Below are positions 58,123-64,000 of a DNA stretch of 64,000 nucleotides, piece by piece. A model generated the notes under the pieces. It was not told the DNA's origin. It did not search any database and saw only the letters and a program-made list of their open reading frames with translations. This DNA comes from an uncultured Eggerthellaceae bacterium (GTDB lineage Bacteria; Actinomycetota; Coriobacteriia; Coriobacteriales; Eggerthellaceae), in NCBI GenBank assembly GCA_964649145.1, contig CAZYOQ010000003.1:13492-77491 (forward strand). Direction: 5' to 3'. Both the position numbers and the translations under genes were made by a program. Each line of letters starts with the position of its first letter. Position 1 is the first letter of the stretch.

Positions 58123-58944
58123 ATGACTAATCTACATAAGAAATATTACGATCTTCAGGCTCGTTTAAACAGAGACAGAAAAGTCGTTGTTGCGTTTTCA
58201 GGCGGAATTGATTCTACTTTTTTGTTGACTGCGGCTATTCAAACGCTGGGTAAAGAAAACGTCCTTGCAGTTCTTGTGAGAAGCCAGTTTTTCACCAAGG
58301 AAGAAATTGATGAGGCGATTGACTACTTGGTTTCAATTGAGGCGGCTTATGTAGTTGTGGATGTTGATGTACTTGCGATTGATGACTTGCGCAAGAACCC
58401 GCCAAATCGGTGTTACGTGTGCAAGAAGAATATCTTTGAGCGCATAGTCGCTATTGCAAAACGTGAAGGAATCGATGCTGTATATGAAGGATCGAATCTG
58501 GATGACTTAGGAGATTATCGCCCTGGTAGAAAGGCGGTTCAAGAGCTTGGGGTTGCAAGTCCACTTTTAGATGCTAGCCTTTCAAAACAAGATATTCGAG
58601 ATTTAGCTTGTGAACTTGGAATTCCGAACTGGGATAGGCCGTCATCTCCATGCTTGGCCACACGCTTCGTTTTCGGTGAGGAGATAAGTCAAGATCGTCT
58701 GAACATGGTCGAGGCAGCTGAACGAATCATCTCAGACCTTGGATTCAAGCAAATAAGGGTTCGAACACATGGGCAAGGCTCCTCGCCACTTGCACGCATA
58801 GAGCTTGGACGCGACGATCTAGAAAAGCTGAATGGTGATGAAGCGCTTCAGCATAAAATCATTTGCGAAATTGAAGGTCTTGGCTACTCAAAAGTCGAGA
58901 TTGATGAGAAGGGCTACCGTCGAGGCAGCATGAACGAGGTCTAG
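58123..58944 (+). CDS. larE: PP-loop ATPase, LarE-like ATP-dependent sulfur transferase
   Basis: PP-loop VAFSGGIDSTFL, plus NRCYVCK and the conserved Cys in SSPCLATRF. Confidence 0.7.
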   Translation: MTNLHKKYYDLQARLNRDRKVVVAFSGGIDSTFLLTAAIQTLGKENVLAVLVRSQFFTKEEIDEAIDYLVSIEAAYVVVDVDVLAIDDLRKNPPNRCYVCKKNIFERIVAIAKREGIDAVYEGSNLDDLGDYRPGRKAVQELGVASPLLDASLSKQDIRDLACELGIPNWDRPSSPCLATRFVFGEEISQDRLNMVEAAERIISDLGFKQIRVRTHGQGSSPLARIELGRDDLEKLNGDEALQHKIICEIEGLGYSKVEIDEKGYRRGSMNEV

Positions 58945-59012
58945 AGCGGTATCTTTAAAACACGGAGCCTATACGAATGCACTATGGGGCGAGCGCGACA
59001 TGGCGTAAGCGC

Positions 59013-59732
59013 TTATTCCAGCGATTTTCTCATGTCGTCGCGGATCGATTGCATTTGCTCGTCCAGAAGGTTTGCTACTTCGGCTGTGTTTTTCAAATCG
59101 TTGCTAAGTTGGGCAAGTACCCCTTCAGGGATTTCCTTTTTATAGCGAATTTTATGTTCAAGGCTTGCCCAGAAATCCATTGCGATTGTTCTTAGCTGCA
59201 CTTCAACCTTCATAGGTCGCTTTCCAGTTTGCAGAAAGATTGGAATTTGCACTATTAGATGGAGGCTTCTGTACCCACTTGGTTTGGGGTTCTTGATGTA
59301 GTCCTTTTCTTCAAGAACTACAATGTCATCCTGGTTTTTAAGGCAATCTGCCAAAAGATAAATGTCGTTTCGAAATGAGCAGACAACACGAATACCAGCC
59401 ATGTCGTTGATGTACTTCTCGATCGATGCAAGTTCTAGCGGGTTGTTTTGCTTTACCAACTTCCCATAAATGCTTTCAGGCTTCTTTAGTCTGGTCTTGA
59501 TGCTTTCGATGGGGTTGTAGTCGTAGCGAACTGCAAACTGTTCGTTTAAGACATCGAATTTCGTCTTGATTTCCATCAAAGCGCCTTTGTAATAGGCATT
59601 AAGCTCAAACCATTCCTCAAGTGTGCCGCTAATAGCGTCAAAAAAAGGCCCGACACCTTTCTTGCCTGATTTTGCTTCGAAGTGAGCTTTGATTTCTTCT
59701 CGTTTGGTCTCTTCAGTTTTATCAGTATTCAT
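59013..59732 (-). CDS. small alarmone synthetase (RelQ/RelP-type GTP pyrophosphokinase)
   Basis: RelA/SpoT synthetase motifs GIRVVCSF, GYRSLHLIV and VEVQLRTIAMDFWASLEHK. The ORF extends to GTG 59765, and the ATG at 59732 follows AGGGA. Confidence 0.82.
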   Translation of the reverse strand: MNTDKTEETKREEIKAHFEAKSGKKGVGPFFDAISGTLEEWFELNAYYKGALMEIKTKFDVLNEQFAVRYDYNPIESIKTRLKKPESIYGKLVKQNNPLELASIEKYINDMAGIRVVCSFRNDIYLLADCLKNQDDIVVLEEKDYIKNPKPSGYRSLHLIVQIPIFLQTGKRPMKVEVQLRTIAMDFWASLEHKIRYKKEIPEGVLAQLSNDLKNTAEVANLLDEQMQSIRDDMRKSLE

Positions 59733-59834
59733 ACGAGTCCCTGAGATTAGTTTGTTTTGGTTCACGCCTCTAGAATAGACGATTATAGCTTAGCTTTTAA
59801 TATCGTATTAACTTAAGCGCCCTGTATTCGCGCT

Positions 59835-60497
59835 TTATTCCCATTTGCCTCTAGTAGGGCAAAGGTCGCCGATGATGCATTCACCACATAACGGACGTCT
59901 GGCACGGCAGAACTCACGTCCGAAATGTACCCACTGATGATTGATATAGCCCCATTCCTCGCGCGGGAAAACCTTAAGCAAAACTGCCTCGGTCTTGTCT
60001 GGAGTATCTACAGAAGGACCTGTAAGCTTTAGTCTGTGGGCTATACGGTATACGTGCGTGTCAACAGCTATGCCTTGTGGTTGCTTGAACGCCTCACACA
60101 TGACACAGTTTGCTGTCTTGCGTCCAACTCCGGGTAAAGTCTGAAGGGCGTCTATGTCGGCGGGCACGTCTCCTCCAAAACTTGCCATGCATTCTTGCGC
60201 GAGTGCAACTAGGTTTTTGGCTTTCGAGTGATAAAAGCCAAGCGACCTGATCATATCTTCTATTTCAGACACGCTTGCTTGTGCCATTTTTTCGGCATTG
60301 CCGAACTTCTTGAAAAGCGCGGGTGTGGCCTTGTTTACGGCGGCATCGGTACATTGAGCAGAAAGCACGGTGGCAACGGTAAGCTGAAAAGGTGTGGTGT
60401 AATCAAGAGACGATTTCCCAGGTCCGTAATACTCATACATGCGCTTTTCTATATCGTGCGCTCGTTTAATTTTTGAAGTTAGAGACTCTCTGGCCAT
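59835..60497 (-). CDS. nth: endonuclease III
   Basis: HhH-GPD LPGVGRKTANCV and a C-terminal 4Fe-4S loop CRARRPLCGECIIGDLC. Confidence 0.9.
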   Translation of the reverse strand: MARESLTSKIKRAHDIEKRMYEYYGPGKSSLDYTTPFQLTVATVLSAQCTDAAVNKATPALFKKFGNAEKMAQASVSEIEDMIRSLGFYHSKAKNLVALAQECMASFGGDVPADIDALQTLPGVGRKTANCVMCEAFKQPQGIAVDTHVYRIAHRLKLTGPSVDTPDKTEAVLLKVFPREEWGYINHQWVHFGREFCRARRPLCGECIIGDLCPTRGKWE

Positions 60498-60587
60498 TAC
60501 TACTCCTAGCGTTTAGCTAAACAAAAAATGCCCTGATTGCGCCGCTGGCTTCATGAATTTAATTCCCCGCAAGTTATTGAGTGTTAA

Positions 60588-60998
60588 TCATGATGGCGAG
60601 GGTTCATCAGAATTTCCCGCATCCAAGAATATCTTGCGGGTTACGAAATTGTATACGGTTACAACTACCGTCGCGAATATCTTTGTCAAAAGATAAGTGA
60701 TTCCAAGAAGTCCTGTACCAAGCCACATCAAAAGGTTGTTTATTATTAGCCCTATTACGGAAAGTACAACGAATATGACAAACTCGCGCCGCCTTGACAT
60801 CTCCTCTTTGTGCTGAAAGACATATCGCATCGATGCGAAATAGTTAAAGATGACCGATACCGTAAACGATATCGTGGCGCTAATTAAGTAATTGATGGAG
60901 AACAGTTCGGTTAGTGCGACCATCAAGCCGTAATCGATGATGAAGGCGATGCCGCCCACTATCCCAAACTTCATGAATTGCGAAATGAGCTTCTTCAT
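60588..60998 (-). CDS. GtrA-family membrane protein
   Basis: FMKFGIVGGIAFIIDYG, and four TM segments. The ATG lies 2 nt after the aroK stop. Confidence 0.8.
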   Translation of the reverse strand: MKKLISQFMKFGIVGGIAFIIDYGLMVALTELFSINYLISATISFTVSVIFNYFASMRYVFQHKEEMSRRREFVIFVVLSVIGLIINNLLMWLGTGLLGITYLLTKIFATVVVTVYNFVTRKIFLDAGNSDEPSPS

Positions 60999-61000
60999 TA

Positions 61001-61516
61001 CTAGCTCTCTAGATTTGCGATTATGCATCGGGCTGTTTCTGTTACGGTTTTCCCATCGATATCGACAACAATGTCTGAATAAAGTTCATACAAAGGTTCT
61101 CTTTCACGCATTAGCCCCTCAAGGCCGCCCCCAGAACTTTCACGCATAACAATTCCGCGCTCATCGAAATCTTCGATTCGCGATTCTATTTCTTCTACGC
61201 TGCCTTTGAGATATACAATTCGCCCTATATCGCGCAAGTGACGCATGCCTTCTTCTGAATACACTGCAGACCCGCCCGTGGCGATTATGCTGTCGTGCGC
61301 CTCAAGCTCGCGCAGAACTTCGTTTTCAAGCTTTATAAAGCCTTCTGCACCAAACGTATCGATTAAGTTTTGAAGGGTTTCGTCATACTTTTTTTGGATG
61401 ACTAGGTCCGTGTCGGTAAAAGCTTTGTTCATGATTTTCGCAAGAACGACGCCTACGGTTGATTTGCCTGCGCCAGGCATCCCGATAAGCACGATATTGG
61501 CCGGTGTTTTGTTCAT
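61001..61516 (-). CDS. aroK: shikimate kinase
   Basis: IVLIGMPGAGKSTVG and DTDLVI motifs. The ATG at 61516 is the likely start, although the ORF extends to 61579. Confidence 0.85.
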   Translation of the reverse strand: MNKTPANIVLIGMPGAGKSTVGVVLAKIMNKAFTDTDLVIQKKYDETLQNLIDTFGAEGFIKLENEVLRELEAHDSIIATGGSAVYSEEGMRHLRDIGRIVYLKGSVEEIESRIEDFDERGIVMRESSGGGLEGLMREREPLYELYSDIVVDIDGKTVTETARCIIANLES

Positions 61517-61530
61517 ATTCTTAAGTGCTC

Positions 61531-63288
61531 CTAGGCCATCAATGCATCGCCAAACGCTTTCGCGAAAGGCTCTTCCCAAACAGGTTTTTTTCGAGGTTCA
61601 CTCATTTGCTGCTGTTCCAATACGGCGGCTAAATTCACGCCTTCCTGTGTTCGCCTTGGCATGAAATAAGCTATTGCAACGCAGGCCAAGGCTACGGCGA
61701 AGGCCACGATGTCTGCCCAGATCATTATTCCTAGTACGATAGACAAAATTCCAATGCATGCCATAACAGCAGCAATTCCGTAGGTGAGGTACGAGACGCT
61801 TTTGCTTTTCTTATCGAAGAGATTAGTTTCATCTACTTCTTTTGAGACAAGATTTTGCCATTTACTCATAGCATCTACTGCTAGACCAGGGTTTTTCGTG
61901 CAGAAATTCTTGATATCTCGAATTGATATTGACTCGTATCCTTCGGCAATTGTTTCAAAGATGAGGTAAAGCGCCCCTTGCTCGATCTCATCTAGTTCCT
62001 TCGATTTGGATGAGGGCGACAATTTGAATCGAATTTTTTCAAGATCGGGCGACTCGATTACCTGAACTACGCCTATATCAATAAGTTTCTGTAAAACATA
62101 CGCGAGGTCATCTGCGCAATGATGGTTCCATCTTAGAAGCCTTCCACACAAGGCGGGTTTCTGCTTGTATAGAAGTTCTTTATCTGCTTCAAAATACCCG
62201 TTACACGCCTTTTTTTCACGACCGAAGATAAGGTAGAGAACAATCGATAATATCAAGGCAATAAGGCTAATTGCGCAAACTATAATAGCAAGGAAGTAGG
62301 AATTGACCTCATATGCCGAGGCGGTATCGCTCCAGTTTTCTTCTTCGGCAAGCGCATATCCAAGCCTTGTACCTGTTTTGTATGAACTTGAATTTTCCTT
62401 CACGTTATGAAGCCAGTTTTTCGGAAAAACGATGTGAACCATCGAGTACTGCCCTGCTTTGACCTCGGAAACTTTGATATCAATTACGCCATCTTCACGT
62501 ATTTCGACACTTCCATTAGGGCCATGTCCCCATGCATACACGTTTTTGTTGGGAAGTACTTCGGCATTCTCAGGGACGGGCAGCTGTATTTGCATGTGCA
62601 CATTTTTGGCTGATTCTTCTCCGCTCGGTTGGCTGTAAGTCCAATAAAGTTCAGCCACGTCGTCATAGACACGAACAGCATTACTGATTGTGTAGCTGCA
62701 TTCATAAACAGTGTTTTCATCAATTGCTTTGGGAAAAATAAAAACGCAATTATTTGTTGAGTCGAACGAATATGTGTGTTTTTTAGGCTTTACGCAATAG
62801 TTTTCGGCGTTTGAGGAAGCAGAAGACGAGTCAAAGAAAGCCTCCATTTCTTCGGTTTTGCCGCCGGTGGAATTAAGGAGATCCCTCCAAGAGGAGTTGA
62901 ACGAAACTTCCTTAAATGTGCGCCAATTTCCTGTGGATTTTCCCTCATTATTTGCTTTAAGGGCTCTTATCGAAGAGACATTTATAGAGCTTTCAATGTC
63001 TGCTCCAGATATATTCCACTTAAGTGCAGAATACGACTCGTCAAAGCTGTATGCACGTTGTTCTGCTACATGAAGGGAAGCATCTGTTTTTACCTGGGCT
63101 GTGCCTTCGATGGAAAGGTTTTCAAAATTTGCGAAAGCCGAATTTGGAAAAGCAGCTATTACCAAAGAGGCTAGTAATGCTAAGGCACAAATAATGAGAG
63201 CTATTTGCTTTGAAATGAACCTTTTGGATCCTAGAGCCTGGATCCAAAGGTATGGGTGACAATTTTTTTCTATAGCGAATTGTCGCAT
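61531..63288 (-). CDS. DUF2207-like membrane protein
   Basis: Signal peptide (ALLASLVIAAFPNSAFA), an extracytoplasmic beta-rich domain, a TM segment, a cytoplasmic helical part and C-terminal TM segments. This architecture is typical of DUF2207. Confidence 0.65.
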   Translation of the reverse strand: MRQFAIEKNCHPYLWIQALGSKRFISKQIALIICALALLASLVIAAFPNSAFANFENLSIEGTAQVKTDASLHVAEQRAYSFDESYSALKWNISGADIESSINVSSIRALKANNEGKSTGNWRTFKEVSFNSSWRDLLNSTGGKTEEMEAFFDSSSASSNAENYCVKPKKHTYSFDSTNNCVFIFPKAIDENTVYECSYTISNAVRVYDDVAELYWTYSQPSGEESAKNVHMQIQLPVPENAEVLPNKNVYAWGHGPNGSVEIREDGVIDIKVSEVKAGQYSMVHIVFPKNWLHNVKENSSSYKTGTRLGYALAEEENWSDTASAYEVNSYFLAIIVCAISLIALILSIVLYLIFGREKKACNGYFEADKELLYKQKPALCGRLLRWNHHCADDLAYVLQKLIDIGVVQVIESPDLEKIRFKLSPSSKSKELDEIEQGALYLIFETIAEGYESISIRDIKNFCTKNPGLAVDAMSKWQNLVSKEVDETNLFDKKSKSVSYLTYGIAAVMACIGILSIVLGIMIWADIVAFAVALACVAIAYFMPRRTQEGVNLAAVLEQQQMSEPRKKPVWEEPFAKAFGDALMA

Positions 63289-63316
63289 TGAACTTTTATT
63301 TCGGCTCGGGTAATAT
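63288..63316 (+). promoter_or_regulatory. promoter candidate for tRNA-Ser
   Basis: TTGAAC, a 17-nt spacer, then TAATAT. The -10 hexamer ends 12 nt before the tRNA 5' end. Confidence 0.45.
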
Positions 63317-63328
63317 TGACAGGCACGC

Positions 63329-63419
63329 GGAGGAGTGACCGAGAGGCCGAAGGTGCTCGCCTGCTAAGTGAGTATACCCCAAAAGGGTATCTAGGGTTCG
63401 AATCCCTACTCCTCCGCCA
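63329..63419 (+). tRNA. tRNA-Ser (anticodon GCU), CCA encoded
   Basis: Manual fold: acceptor GGAGGAG/CTCCTCC, anticodon stem CTCGC/GTGAG with loop CTGCTAA, a long variable arm (TATACCCC AAA AGGGTATC), T-arm TAGGG TTCGAAT CCCTA, discriminator G and a 3' CCA. Confidence 0.92.
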
Positions 63420-63420
63420 C

Positions 63421-63457
63421 AGAAGGGATGGAAGTTTGCAAAACTTCCATCCCTTCT
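63421..63457 (+). terminator. 17-bp perfect hairpin immediately after the tRNA (terminator-like)
   Basis: AGAAGGGATGGAAGTTT-GCA-AAACTTCCATCCCTTCT, followed by GTGTTGTG. The U-tract is weak. Confidence 0.55.
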
Positions 63458-63610
63458 GTGTTGTGAGTGCGCGATGAGAACCCTAGATACCCTATTTATT
63501 CTGGGTTCGACTAGCGGTGTAAGCTGAAAGCGCACACCGCTAGCCACGAGAGTCAAGGTGTCGCGAAGCGACCAGAGGAGGATCCCTCCTAAGCTTGCGC
63601 CTACAAAAAC

Positions 63611-63830
63611 ATTTGAATCAAAATCGCATTTTTTAGAAGAAACTACATCATTCAGTGCTCGGAGAGAGGTCGAAAGGGGTAGTAGACGCCACTTCGGAGG
63701 GCTGTTTGGACCTAAAATGATGTAGTCATGGCGAAAAATGAGGAAAATGATTCAAACGAAAGTGGTCTAATCCTTTGCCTTGAAGAGAAATGATGCAGAT
63801 CTTATCGAAATCTGCGATTTTGATTCAAAT
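63611..63830. repeat. nested inverted repeats (18-bp outer, 11-bp inner) in ORF-free DNA; a structured RNA or a MITE-like element
   Basis: Outer arms: ATTTGAATCAAAATCGCA (63611-63628) and TGCGATTTTGATTCAAAT (63813-63830). Inner arms: ACTACATCATT (63642-63652) and AATGATGTAGT (63716-63726). Confidence 0.5.
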
Positions 63831-64000
63831 TGATTGGCTTATCGTCTTCTTAGGGTATATGTCTATCCCCTTGCGATATCGATGCGTTTCTTACTTATAA
63901 GCCTGCTGCGTCGGAGGCCGCGGCATTGTAATTTAACTGCTGCAAACAATCATCGGAGAGGGTGAAAAAATTTTAATTATTCTCAGTTGTAAATAATTTA

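Noticed and set aside
63223-63260. Hairpin CCTTTTGGATCC...GGATCCAAAGG inside the 5' end of the DUF2207 CDS.
   Set aside because: It is an imperfect 11-bp stem within coding sequence that encodes part of the signal-peptide region. There is no independent evidence of function.
63296-63556. 86-aa minus-strand ORF.
   Set aside because: It runs antisense across the tRNA-Ser gene and its terminator hairpin. It has no SD and is spurious.
63653-63715. Possible second glycine riboswitch (GGAGAG...CGCC...GGAC) or Mn riboswitch (AAAGGGGUAGUAG) in the core of the region next to the tRNA.
   Set aside because: It lacks the obligatory GAAGG.GCAA and CUCAGGCAAA glycine elements. It also lacks the exact GGGGAGUAG / UUGACAUA yybP-ykoY elements. 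The resemblance is superficial, so I report it only as unknown structure.
1-64000. CRISPR arrays, IS elements, integrases, a prophage and rRNA genes.
   Set aside because: No spaced direct-repeat array is present. The only tandem repeats have 2-3 units of 17-20 nt with no spacers. No transposase, recombinase or phage-structural motifs appear in any ORF, and there are no rRNA-like stretches.

Overview
This 64-kb window looks like a chromosomal, mostly housekeeping segment from a Gram-positive-type anaerobe with moderate GC. The gene content would fit Coriobacteriia or a Bacillota lineage, but the taxon cannot be fixed from the sequence alone. I support about 50 protein genes, one tRNA-Ser(GCU) and one glycine riboswitch. 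I see no rRNA, CRISPR array, transposase or integrase.

Gene blocks, left to right:
- A stand-alone Tat-ferredoxin / NapH-like pair.
- A hipBA toxin-antitoxin module and a nitroreductase.
- An envelope cluster: lipoprotein, OmpR-type response regulator, histidine kinase, then adaptor / MacB-type ABC ATPase / FtsX permease / second adaptor, then an MBG-domain surface protein.
- hemH and csoR-copA, with a perfect CsoR operator in the promoter.
- An AT-richer patch with DUF4230, XRE and MerR genes plus two unannotated paralogous micro-ORFs.
- A 1546-aa BcrAD/BadFG activase-dehydratase-like giant.
- pdxST with divergent pdxR, then mnmA, gltBD, marR and mntP.
- A glycine riboswitch in front of an alanine/glycine:cation symporter.
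- A Firmicute-order glycogen operon (glgB-C-D-A-P plus a GH13-GH77 fusion).
- Class-3 FBPase, a 2-hydroxyacid dehydrogenase, a 974-aa repeat surface protein and larE.
- A minus-strand run of DUF2207, aroK, gtrA, nth and a small alarmone synthetase.
- tRNA-Ser followed by at least 540 nt of ORF-free, highly structured DNA running to the window edge.

Most noteworthy observations:
1. glgB runs in frame into glgC with no stop codon.
2. The structured region next to the tRNA carries nested 18-bp and 11-bp inverted repeats.
3. Two paralogous tiny hydrophobic ORFs are translationally coupled to the DUF4230 and MerR genes.
4. The MacB-type exporter has two paralogous adaptors and sits in a two-component-system / lipoprotein / surface-protein cluster.

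None of these can be called a new system from sequence alone. All product calls rest on motifs I recognised by eye, not on database searches.
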